This document shows, piece after piece, positions 26,501 through 37,006 of a DNA stretch of 40,755 nt. The stretch is from Xylographa opegraphella (Eukaryota). The notes beneath the pieces were generated by a model. It was not told where the DNA came from. It did no database searches and was given only the letters and a program-made list of their open reading frames with translations. The position numbers and the translations under genes were made by a program. Each line of letters opens with the position of its first letter. The stretch's first letter is position 1. The stretch covers positions 62,001 to 102,755 of the forward strand of contig JALDZX010000067.1 in assembly GCA_022813865.1 (NCBI GenBank). The letters run 5' to 3'.

Positions 26501-26737
26501 GAAGTCAAGAATCGCATACAAGATGCCGCAAAGGAGGCTGACAAGTTCAAGGCCAAGGTGGATGAAGCAAGAAGAGAACATGTCGACATCGACGCCATCA
26601 TGGCAGAGCTGAGCAAGGTACAGGACAAAGATGTCAACGAGGCCAGGCAATCAGCCGAGAGCCGGAAGCGGGACGTTGAAGCCCGATTGCAGGCATTGCA
26701 AGCAACTGTTACGATGTTTGAGAAGATGAAGGTTTAG
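23544..26737 (+). CDS. VAS1: Valyl-tRNA synthetase (divergent, probably a second copy)
   Basis: Exons 23544-23918 and 23972-26737. Motifs PPPNVTGKLHIGH, PGCDHAGIATQ, ATTRPETMLGD, GTGAVKLTPAHD, WCLSRQLWWGH, DVLDTWFSSGLWP, KMSKS, GADALRF, PFMPFLTEELWQ. An in-frame extension runs to ATG 23346/23364. Confidence 0.96.
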
Positions 26738-26820
26738 GCTGGGTATTGACTGTCAAGGAATAGATGTCACAAAATAGGATGGTTTAAACAGTGTGGTCAA
26801 TAGATGGCGCTAATTCCGAC

Positions 26821-26920
26821 TGTCTAGATATCGATCTAGACCGATAGATTAGATTGGCCTAAATGTTGATCTAGACCGATCAGATCGGTGGTTGAAATCT
26901 ATCTAGATGATCTAGATCTT
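26821..26920. repeat. GATCTAGA/AGAT-rich short repeats
   Basis: GATCTAGACCGAT occurs twice, plus several TCTAGA/GATC palindromic units within 100 bp. Confidence 0.5.
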
Positions 26921-27169
26921 TTAAGGACGCCAAAGACATTGCGTCGGGAGGGAGGCAGTTCGGCCGTGGGAACGTCTAATAGCAGGTTGTGCCGGCCTCA
27001 GCCTTGGTGAAAAGTGGGCAAGATGGTAAAAATCAAATGAGTCTGTAATCCGACTCTATCAGCGCCAATTAAGACTTACTGTGAACATAGCCAAGTACTT
27101 GTACACTCTATGGGGCAAAGGCTCGTTTGCAGCCTCCTACGCCACGGTAGCTGCATCTTGTGGCTCTTC

Positions 27170-27860
27170 GACAGCGAATTCAACCAACTCTCTACTGCCT
27201 TCACTACAGTTGCCGCTGACTCAAAAAGGCAAATGCCCACTATTACAACTCTCCTCCTTCACCACCACCCCCATTGCCCTCATTTTTTGAACCTAGTTCG
27301 CTGAAACTCTATGGGCAAGGCTTGATCATCTTCGCTGTAAAGGTACGCAATAGAGTGATACTTGTATGCCACATACGAGAGGCGAATTATGCACCACTGC
27401 AGGGTTCGGGCGGAGTAGTGATACCCAGTGGTTGCGTTGTTCTTCAAAAGAACAGATCCATCTGGCTAAGTTTATGGCGTCAGTGGGGCGAGAAGGACAG
27501 ACAAGGGAAGTTGGAGAAGGAGGAATGAGTTTACCTGTAGGACAGATAGATGATGACCACCATCTCTGCTCATGAGCGATTGCCCCAATGGAAGTATTAA
27601 AGCACACATGTAGAACAGTCCTCCTACCCCTCCCTTCAAACCCAAGTTTTTTCTGTATTTCCTTCCCAAGCTCCCTTGTACAGCCTCTGTGCCGACCATT
27701 CCACCATATGAGTGCAACACTAGGACCACTTCTTTCCCTTCGCTTTCAACAAGTCCAGCCAGGGCAGAGCGGTTAGTGTAATCGTCGTCGTAAAGGTTCA
27801 TTGTTGTTATGGAGTTGTAGGTCGGGAGCTGGGGGCATAGAGCAAAGTAGGACTGCTGTG
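27170..27860 (-). pseudogene. Alpha/beta hydrolase (Abhydrolase_6-type) pseudogene, 5'-truncated
   Basis: ALCPQLPTY..LVESEGKEVVLVLHSYGGMVGTEA..GGVGGLFYMCA, then AYLYSEDDQALP and CNSGHLPF* in shifted frames. The N-terminal GAW/H oxyanion segment is absent. Confidence 0.75.
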
Positions 27861-27869
27861 AGACAGATT

Positions 27870-29830
27870 TCTCTTGCTTGGCCGTGACGCCTGCGCTGTC
27901 GTAGGACGAAGAACTCGTTTACCCGTTCTGAGTGGAGGTAAATACGGCGCTTGAGGGAGACCGTTCAGCAGTACCATTCCCTGCTGAATCAATGTTAGCA
28001 GACGGTCTCTGTTAAGATGAATTCAAGGCGCCAGACGCCTACTTAGACCTGCAGCCTCCGAGTAAAAGCAAACTTTCAGTTCTGAGCCTCGTGAATCGGA
28101 GCAGAGCTAGTTTGTACTCCAACTTGTAAAACTTGGCTCTTCGGTCGTCAGTTCTCTTCCCCGGTCGTAAGCCGAGCCTGTTCAGGTGTCGGTCCGAGGT
28201 ATTAAGTCAAGTTACAGCGCAAAAATGCTGCCAGATCATGACCCCACGCTTCACCCAACCTCGGGTGACATCTTTGCAGGCAATCCTCAGATTATATTCA
28301 TCGACCTCAATTCCGATTCGAAGGACCTTTTCGGCCTCTTTGATGCAGACTGAAGGCGTCGACAGTCCACTCTCCGTCGGTGTTCTCTTCTTGAGCCAAC
28401 GGGGTCCCGGTATCCTCAAGCGGACGTCCCTCCTTTTTGTTGGGGCTCTTTGGCCCGTCGCGTCTTTAGTCCTCGTCGTCCGTCCAACTCTTTTCTTTGC
28501 CTTTCGAAAGAAGGCGATCTCGCCACAGGCGTCTCCCCAATTGGTTCAACGAACGACTCGACGGTCTCACCAATTCTGCCTGCGCAGAGTGAGGAACTGT
28601 CTCTCCATAAGCGACAGGGTGACTCGGGGACGACAGTGTCTGGATGTCGTGATGTGATGATCCCATCATAGTCATCCCCTTGAGTCCACCCATCAACTGT
28701 CCGCCTTGAGTCCTCTTTATCTTCCCTCGGTCTTGCTTTGGTCATCCCTCTTGCGTCTGCTTTCTTTTCTCCCTTGGATCCTGAATGGTCGTCTTCCCAT
28801 CTCTCCGCACCAGCGTCAGAATTGGGTTGAGACCACTGTGACCTTTGTTGGGTGGCATTTGACATTCTTCACACGGCCAGTCTCTACCTGACGAAGGAGG
28901 TGCGGCCTTTCGGTACTCTGACTTCGTCGGTTATAGACTCTAGTAACCGGCCATTGGCTTCGGCGTCTTTGTCAAGCTGCCATGACGCGGCATGCATGCA
29001 ATCCGTAAGGGTTGGAAAGAGTGGCTGTTTGTCGAAAGGCTTCCCAGGGGCAACTGCCCTGCTCATCATCCAGTCGAAGCGATCGCGACTGGACCCATGG
29101 CCATGCTCTCCCAGGTTTCTTGCAGTTCCCTCCGTCTTACAGCAGGAACTTTCCGTCCTCTTGACTCTCCCGCAGCTCGTATATACTGATTTTCGGTCTC
29201 CCTCGTCCGATCGGTTGGGGTCGTCCTGCGCTCGTTTTCGTATCGTAGGGGTTCTACGGCTTCCCAGGCAGTTTCGGGCGCCTTCCCGACGTTCAGTTAT
29301 TGGCCTTATCCAGCACCCTGGTACCGCATTAGAGTTTGCTCCAAACGCGTTCCGTCGAGGTCTTCTCGCAACAGCGTCATCCTTCTTTCTGAGGTCATCA
29401 CGGATTGGGGGATCAGTCGGTCAGTTTGGTGTCCTGGGGAAGCCGTCCATTCCGTTTATTCACATTTTGGACCCATCCCACTATCGGATTCTACCCTTGA
29501 GACTTGGTCTATTGAGTCAGTCTTCGGGCTTCGATCGACGTGAGATTGCGCAAGAGATGAGGTTTCCTGGCTTTTACTCATCACCCCAAGCTCGTCGACG
29601 GCGGACTGACGGTACCTCATATATACAGGCTGATGACACACCGTATCTAGACGCGATGGTCAGTTTCTCCCGCTCCTCAAGATGTCGAGCAGGAGTCGGT
29701 TGCAGAGTGTGAGGAAGAGCAAACACCAGGAGAGAACGAGGGAGCCGGTCCTTTATACCAGAAGGGAGTGCGTTTGAGTCATCTTTTGCGGCTTTCGATC
29801 GGTGTGTCATGCCCCACACCGCATGCCCGA
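27870..29830 (-). pseudogene. Unidentified decayed coding relic
   Basis: Protein-like fragments in changing frames (KPFDKQPLFPTLTDCMHAASW.., EAEKVLRIGIEVDEYNLRIACKDV.., R/E/D-rich tracts) broken by stops. No family recognised. Confidence 0.3.
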
Positions 29831-29844
29831 TGTCGATCGTCGAT

Positions 29845-32139
29845 TCACAAACTGACGAGATTAGCGGCATCTCTGATTTTGGCCTGGATGATCTCCATCC
29901 ATCGCTTGACGTGGTCAGCATGACAGTCTGAGAACAGAAGAATTGAAGAAACTGCTTACCCGAGCTTCTTCCAAGTCTCCTGACTCAAGGCTCTTGAAAA
30001 GGTGAGGGAACTCTGGCGGGTCTGAGTAGAAAGCAGAAAATTCATAGATTAGATGCGCGCCTTTATAGCAGAATTGGCGTTCAAGATTCAAGTACTTTTG
30101 ATTCACCTGCTGAATTGTCTCATCGGTCTCTGTTGATCTGAGAGAGGACGCGTAAGCATCCAAGATTATGCTTGCATTGTGAAATTCTGCAATAGCATTC
30201 TCTAGAGGCCTAAGGTCAAAAGATGCCGAGCTTGGGATAGATTCTTTGATCCTTTCGACATACTTCTGCATTGCGACACCGTAGTCAGCCGCCTTGATTT
30301 GCAGGACGGGACTCTCGGACAAGTAAGCTGTTATCAAGGACCAAATCTTTGCAGTGGTGACGTGGTACTTCCATCCTGGATCTCCAGTGGTATTCATCCA
30401 TGTGAAGGTATCAAAGTTTGAGTGGTAGGGCCAATAAGTGGCACCGAAGCTGAGGTCAGAGGTCGACACACAAGCAGTCTCTAGGAATGGGATGGCATCT
30501 CCTCCTCCTGCCGCGACCATCTCTCCTCCCCAATGATCAAAGACCGTTCCACCTTCGGGAGAAGCAACTACCCTTGTGGCTCTGTGAATAACTTCTCGCA
30601 GGAGTGGGGTTGCTTTAACCTGGAACAGGGGCCCTGCTGCTGCAACGACGACGTTCAGATATGCTACGGCAGTCTTCTGAAGCCAGGGGAGATGAGAGGC
30701 TATCCAAGGCTCGGATCCAATCTGTCCGGTTTCTGCGCCTTCCCAGCTGACAAAAATGATGGTTCGTCGAGGCCGCCATCCCGTTCTGTATGCCGTTGCA
30801 AAGCTTCGAACGACTTCCATCAATGCTGCAGCACCACTGATAGAATCACCGGCCCCGGGTCCCCACGAGTCGCGGTGATTTCCTAGAATAATTACCTCAT
30901 CCTTAATGGAACCTCTGATGATGCCAAATGTTTGGTGCACGTCCTTGGTTGGAAAGCTCATTTGGTTATTTAAATTCAAGACAATATGCGACGGCGATGG
31001 ACCGACATAATATTCCACTTCTTTGTAGTATAGGCCACCCCCATGCCAATCGCTCCTCATGTCAGCTGCTTTGGGGCCATGACCATGGAGCGCTTTGAGG
31101 AGTGGTACTGCGTCGCTGTAGGACAGCGGAAGTGAGGGAATGGACTCTCCTGGTACACTGGGATTACCGGCACTGGCGTTGCCTGATCGTGATAATTCAT
31201 TATCTTAACCAGATGAGCGTAATGAACTCAAGCACAAGACTCACGGATTAAACCTATTGAACCTCTCTCAATACAGGTCTCTGGGCGAGCTGGTCCGTCT
31301 GGATATCCTTTGTACCCATGCCCTTCTGTGATGTTGCCGTCCTGTTGTGGATCCGTATAAATCAAAACCCCAACAAGGCCTCTCTCTGCTGCAGTGCTCA
31401 TTTTCGCCCCTCGCCAGACCATGCCAGATTTGACGATAGCTATCTTCCCTCTGAAATCGACGTAGTTTTGCTCCAAGTCATCGTAATCTTGCTCACGGCC
31501 AAAGTTTGCATATACGAACTGTGCGGTCACATTACCGCTCGATGATTGCCCATGGAAAGCGGGAGTCCGAATCTCTGACGGGTCATTGAATGGCAGCTCT
31601 TCCATCAACTTGGCTTCGTACATCACTGACGGGAATCGAGTCACTGAGGTGTCTATTAACGCCAGTCGTTGAAAGACCGGTGCGCTTATCGATGCATTGT
31701 ATTTGACGATCTCCGTCTCTGGTATGCCAAAGTCTTCCCATTTCTTCTTGGTCCAGAGGCCTTGTGCTTTGCCCTCGCCTGGGAAGTGGCTTTGCGAGGT
31801 GTAGTAATAGCTCCAGTCCGCGGCGCGGGACGTATCGAGCTCAGAGAGCAGGATGGTCTCCAAGTTTGAAAGCGGGAAGCCGTCTTTAAGTGTTAGGCTG
31901 GCGAAAAGATAAGATCTCCAGGGCTGGAAAATAGGCTGGTAGAGCAGGTATTGTGGGCCTCCTGAGAGTGCTGTCAGGGCGACTGTTGAGACCGCAATGG
32001 CGAAGAACAAGAAACGCCTTGTCGATTTCCATTGGAGCGCCGTTTTTGGAATACGGGTGTCTTGATCAATCTCATGCCATCCCTGGAGGTCGGTGGGTTT
32101 GACCGTCCGTGGAATCTGGGAGCCTGATATGCACAGCAT
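29845..32139 (-). CDS. Glutamate carboxypeptidase II / M28B homolog (TM-PA-M28-TfR dimer) with altered catalytic site
   Basis: Exons 32139-31245, 31182-~29960 and 29904-29845. N-terminal TM, PAFHGQSSSGNVTAQFVYANFG, LIYTDPQQDG, YPDGPARP, IPSLPLSYSDA, GNHRDSW, GWRPRRTIIFVSW, YHSNFDTFTWM. Confidence 0.9.
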
Positions 32140-32273
32140 GATTACTTCAAAAGCCCGAGGGTGGTATTGGCATCGTCCTCGTATGCCGAGGTTGAAGTGT
32201 GCCCTCGTACAGACACAGTCTACGACAGCGGACCGGATTATCGAGCTATGTAATCCGTATATGGAATGAAGCA

Positions 32274-32329
32274 GGTGAGGAACGCCAAGTGCCAAGCATA
32301 GACTGATTAGTCAGCTCCAAATTGTGTAG
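32274..32329 (+). promoter_or_regulatory. Shared upstream motif, copy 2 (between divergent M28 peptidase and MFS)
   Basis: TGCCAAGCATAGACTGATTAGTCAGCTCCAAAT (32290-32322), preceded by GGAACGC as in copy 1. Confidence 0.6.
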
Positions 32330-32856
32330 CCCTTAATGGATCGATCCGTCTCCCCCGGCCACTAAGATAGGGTGTTCCGCCCGTAAACCAGTTGAAAAGA
32401 TGCCTTTCGCCTCTTAGCCCAGCGGGCTTTAAGTGGCGGGTAACTGGTGAGCGTGCGGCTAGGCACGCTAGTGAGTGGGTAGTCAAAGGATAATTCAGGT
32501 CTCGAGCTGCGTAAGAGACGCCCCAACTGTGCACGAATTCTGCTTTTAAACCTTCGTACGGAGGTACTTGAGGAAGATTCTTGATATAAAGTGACTCCCG
32601 TGTACCTGATCTGCGTTTTCGTGGATATGTAAATTTTGTATGAACTGATCTAGATCAGATTGCTGCTTCAAAGAATTCAAATAGATTATAAAAGGTTTTA
32701 GGGGTCCAATCTGATCTGATCCATCTATTGGCCATAACGAAACGGATAAAATTAGCTCCGACAGGAGGATTTGTCTTTGCGCCTGACGGATTACCTAATA
32801 TTAGGCTACTACGCTTATCAAAACCCCATCATGCTCAAACTTCGTCTGTGATCCTG

Positions 32857-34723
32857 ATGGCCCCAACCACAGTCATGCTGGAAGACAGTCCTCTGCTATT
32901 GAATTATGGTGATGAGCGCCATGATGATGTTCTGGGCGAGACGGTGGAGGAAGAGAGTGCGTCTCAAGATGTGCAGCGAGATGCTAGATATAGATCCGCC
33001 TCGTCACGCTATGTACTTCAGTTGTGCGTCCTGACGCTTATTATCGATTTCTGCCAGTCTTCAGTCTGGGCTCCTCTGACGGCGGTCTTCGAGGAGATCA
33101 TCTGCAATCATTACTACTCCTCAACCGTTCACAGTCTTTTTCTCCTTCAACAAGACTGCAAGGTCATCCCTGTACAGCATGAGCTCGCACTTGTAAAAAG
33201 ATACAAAGACGCTTTCAGCCAGATACCAAGTATGTTGCCACGTTGTATTTTGCCGGTGATCGAATGTGGAGAAGATCCCAGGGCTTGATAACTGAATGTC
33301 GCGTACTCAGGCATCGTCCTTGGTATCCCACTTGGCCTATTAGCAGATCGCATAGGTCGAAAACCAGTGATATTACTATTCCTGCTCGGAATATTCCTCA
33401 ACGATTCATGGGTGAAAATTGTGTGTACGTGAATCCTTTATGAGGTGTGATACGATAGGAAGATTCGAAATCCTTGTTTAACGTTTAATTAGGCCTCTTT
33501 CCAAATCAGCTTCCTTTGCGTCTGGTCTGGCTTGGGCCCCTTCTAAAAGCCATTGGGGGCGGGGCGAATTTCGGCGCGTCGATGCTTTTCACAGCGGCTG
33601 ATGTTATCGAAGAGAAGGATCTGTAAGTTTCACGTACTACTCATTCTGAACTAGCTGACCAATGTCCTGGGAATCAGGGTTGATGCCTTCCTAAAGCTGT
33701 CTGCTATGGAAATGGTTGTGCAAATTGCGGGCGCCCCTTTGGTGTCGGCACTCATGAGCATCAGTAATTGGTATCCCCTTGGACTCTCCTCAATTCTCCT
33801 TGTGGTAGCGGGTCTCATCGCTCTTCTGCTTCCAGAGACAAGTCCACACCACCGAGGGACCATGTTCAAACCCCCAAACTCAGTGCACGGACAAACTTTC
33901 AATGCCGGCCGCAATGAAGAGGCCCAGCTAAAAGAATCTTATTTTCAAATGGTCCTGAAGCTGGCGCGTCGCTCTTACACGACATCAGGAGACTTTTTGA
34001 AAAATCCAGGCATTCTGTTTCTCTTGCTGTGTTTCTACTGGCTGCATGGGGAGCGCACGCGTGGGCACTGCTTTTGCAGTACGTTTCCCAAAGATTTAGA
34101 TGGGAATTCAGCACGGTGAGACCGAGTTCTATTTCATTTATACTCAATTTTACTTGGCGAATCAGACGAGGAAAAGTTTAAGAGAAGGAAACTGATTTGT
34201 AAAATAGGCAAACCTCTTATTTTCCCTACGCAGCTGTATCACTCTTTTACTTTCCCTGGTCATCATGCAAGCAATCGACAGATTTCTTCAGCGGAGGCTA
34301 CGCATCAAGTCTGCTCAGAAAGATCTGTTGCTCTCCATAGGAAGCTGTATCTTGATCATTGTTGGAGTTGCCGTAGTTGGGCTAGCACAAAGCTCAAGTG
34401 TTATGGTGGCAGGCGTCGCTGTCTCCGCGCTGGGGTCTTCGCTTTTAGTTTCCTTTCGATGTGCTATGATTGCTCTATTCCCACAGAGCCCAGTGGCATC
34501 GCTGAATGCGGTTGCTGCGATAGCACAAAGCGTTGGCGTGCTCATTTCTGGCCCGATCATAGCCGCAATATATGGTTGGGGACTCTCTAAAGGTGGTATC
34601 TGGACCGGAGCTCCATTTCTGCTTGCAAGCGGTCTGCACATCGTAGCGCTTGTCATCATATTCTATCTACGTCTAACTGATGTTCCAAAGCAAGTCTCTT
34701 TACTTGAGAGTCATGAGTCATGA
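32857..34723 (+). CDS. MFS efflux transporter (UstT-like secondary-metabolite type) with an apparent frameshift
   Basis: FEEIICNHYY..CKVIPVQHELA, GLLADRIGRKPV, LPLRLVW, LLLQYVSQRFRW, GLSKGGIWTGAPF; four GT-AG introns. Frame change at about 34032. Confidence 0.85.
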
Positions 34724-34825
34724 TAGCAGCGGCTATTGGCGTGCTGATATGTTTAAGAAGCTCTTGTCTGCAATCTCTTTTAGGTATCTCGAAGGGATGA
34801 AATGAAGTGAGATCAGAAGGTCAAG

Positions 34826-35006
34826 GGCACGGCGCTAAGGATGGGATATAGAGTCTCAGTAACTTTAGAGCTTTTTCCCCTTCTTTGTAGTAGACTCGTT
34901 GTACTATTTGGCCTCGGGCACGGCGCTAAGGGTGTGGTATAGAGGTTCAGGAGCTTTCTTCCCTTCTATAATCCATATACTTGAATCCTTATACTATTTG
35001 GCTTCT
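34826..35006 (+). repeat. Imperfect tandem duplication of about 90 bp, possibly LTR-derived
   Basis: Two units each start GGGCACGGCGCTAAGG, contain TATAGAG..GAGCTTT..CCCTTCT and end TACTATTTGGC. Confidence 0.65.
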
Positions 35007-35259
35007 CTACAAATATCGATTCTTCGATGCTATGTTAAAGACCCGTCGACAATGAGGTCGTACTAAGATTACGTGTATAGAAGAGGAATGCTGCAACTAC
35101 TGCAGGTTTCTCCAAGCTCATCGCATAGGACAGTGCGGTCTTGAATAAAGGTACACAGTGTACGGAGTACCTTTCTGACTTAGATATTTTTTGCTTATTT
35201 CTAATATCAATAGCTGCTCTTCTCCAAAGCCGGCTTTTTTGACTTACAGCGAAACTATC

Positions 35260-36168
35260 TTAGGGAATTCCTAGTCGGTCGACATGGGTTGAATGGAGCT
35301 GGTAGTCGCGACCCCGAGCCATGCTCAACGCCTGCTCTAAGTTGAATGACGCCACATGTAGCAGATCCTCAAGGGGGCTCGGCTTTGATGCCACCACCTC
35401 TGCGGTTAGGGTGTCAATGTCATTTGCAACGTTAGGGAGTTTCGATACAAAGTAGTCCCGGTAGGCTTCTACTACCAACTTGGTGGCATCATATTCTAAG
35501 GTCTGAGTCCGCGATATACGGCCCGTTGTGGAGTGAATGCGGTACCCATACCCTGGGCCTTCGATAAACCCAATCTCTGAGCGTTCATTTCGCGCCCATC
35601 TGCGCGCGAGCAAAGAGACGCCGAATGCCCAGTCCTGCCACTTCGGCACAGTCTCTATGTAAAGTAAACCATTTAAGATCTCGTTACGGCGATACACGAT
35701 AGCGATCGGTACGTGATGTTTTCGCGCGACCATTTCTTCACGTAGGGGATACGAGGAAATGGTCAAACCGTGGAAGTCTCCAAACATTCTCACCAGCGTA
35801 TGTACGAATGCGATGTCATCATTCGCAGAGAGGATCCGCGTTGCTTCAGATAGAAAGCTTTCGTACCCGGAGACTGGATACAAAACGTCATCACCATCCA
35901 TACAAACAACAAAATCACCGGTAGCTGCCTTCAAGCCTGTGTTGCGAGCGACTTGGACGCCACGATTTCTTTCATGACGAATGATCTTGAGATCCGGCTC
36001 AGAGTCTAAGTCGCTAATCACTCGGATGCTTGTCTCGTCTGTTGATCCATCGTCGACAATGATCATTTCAACCTCAATGCCAGTTGAATTCTCGCGGATC
36101 GAGGAAACACAATCGAGTAGGTATAGCCCAGTATTGAAGCTAGGAATAATAATGGAGACCTGATGCAT
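35260..36168 (-). CDS. Soluble GT-A glycosyltransferase family 2, intronless, bacterial-like (302 aa)
   Basis: MHQVSIIIPSFNTG..CVSSI..IIVDDGSTD..NRGVQVARNTGL..GDFVVCMDGDD and KWQDW. No intron or TM segment. Confidence 0.9.
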   Translation of the reverse strand: MHQVSIIIPSFNTGLYLLDCVSSIRENSTGIEVEMIIVDDGSTDETSIRVISDLDSEPDLKIIRHERNRGVQVARNTGLKAATGDFVVCMDGDDVLYPVSGYESFLSEATRILSANDDIAFVHTLVRMFGDFHGLTISSYPLREEMVARKHHVPIAIVYRRNEILNGLLYIETVPKWQDWAFGVSLLARRWARNERSEIGFIEGPGYGYRIHSTTGRISRTQTLEYDATKLVVEAYRDYFVSKLPNVANDIDTLTAEVVASKPSPLEDLLHVASFNLEQALSMARGRDYQLHSTHVDRLGIP

Positions 36169-37006
36169 CGCTAGATGATTTAAGGGGGACGCGAAATTCC
36201 ACCCAATAACGTCAAGGACGATGTTGGTAAGGCGACACTCGCACTCTGCGCGGTGACGCGGTTCGGAAAGATGGTTCCTCAGAGGAAAAGGGAAATGCTC
36301 AGGATCGAGAGAAAGGGGGTTATATTGAGGTCTTCTGGAAAGTGTCTTGGATTCAAAATTTTGATCGAGATGTTCTATGTAGGTTCTGAACTGCAAGTTT
36401 CAGCCCGAATATGCATAGGGTTTGCTTGTACGCCTGATTAGCTCCCTGAAAAGAAATAAAAGACTATATAGGAGAATAGAGATCGCGTATCCAGGGCTAC
36501 CACAATAGAGGATTTATCTATCGTAGTATCGGAGTAGTAGATTATGTTATATTCAAAGACTTCGCGGCTGTGAGAATGACAAGGGTATATCAGACAGATA
36601 TCTAAGGTCAAATAGCGTGGAGGATCATCAGATTACGGCGCTAAAACGTAATCCTCTGCGATATCCCGATGCCCCCATTCCGCAGTCTTACAACATACGT
36701 AGTTAATGAATTGAGTCCTCATAATTTAGCAAGTAAATATTTGAATACAAACGCGTAACATGTCTTAAAATGAGCCAAAACGGTCAAGAATTGCGTGCGT
36801 GGTGACCTCGCAAAGTTTTTGTTGACTTGCCCGGGCGCAAAAATCAGGCGAAATAGGGGCAGTCTATACAGAAAATGAGGGAGGAATTTACAAGGACTCT
36901 TTCTCCAACTGTTGTAGGCACATTTGTATGTAAATTAGTGGAGAAAATGTCTTCAATTGATCAGAATTTATTGGAAAATAACTATGTACAATTTGAACAA
37001 TTTTAC

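Noticed and set aside
28852..29712. 286-aa plus-strand ORF
   Set aside because: S/L/R-rich with no motif; looks like the antisense shadow of the minus-strand relic.
23273..36168. Ustiloxin-type RiPP cluster suggested by the UstT-like MFS and a peptidase
   Set aside because: No repetitive KR-delimited precursor or DUF3328 gene is seen in the window.
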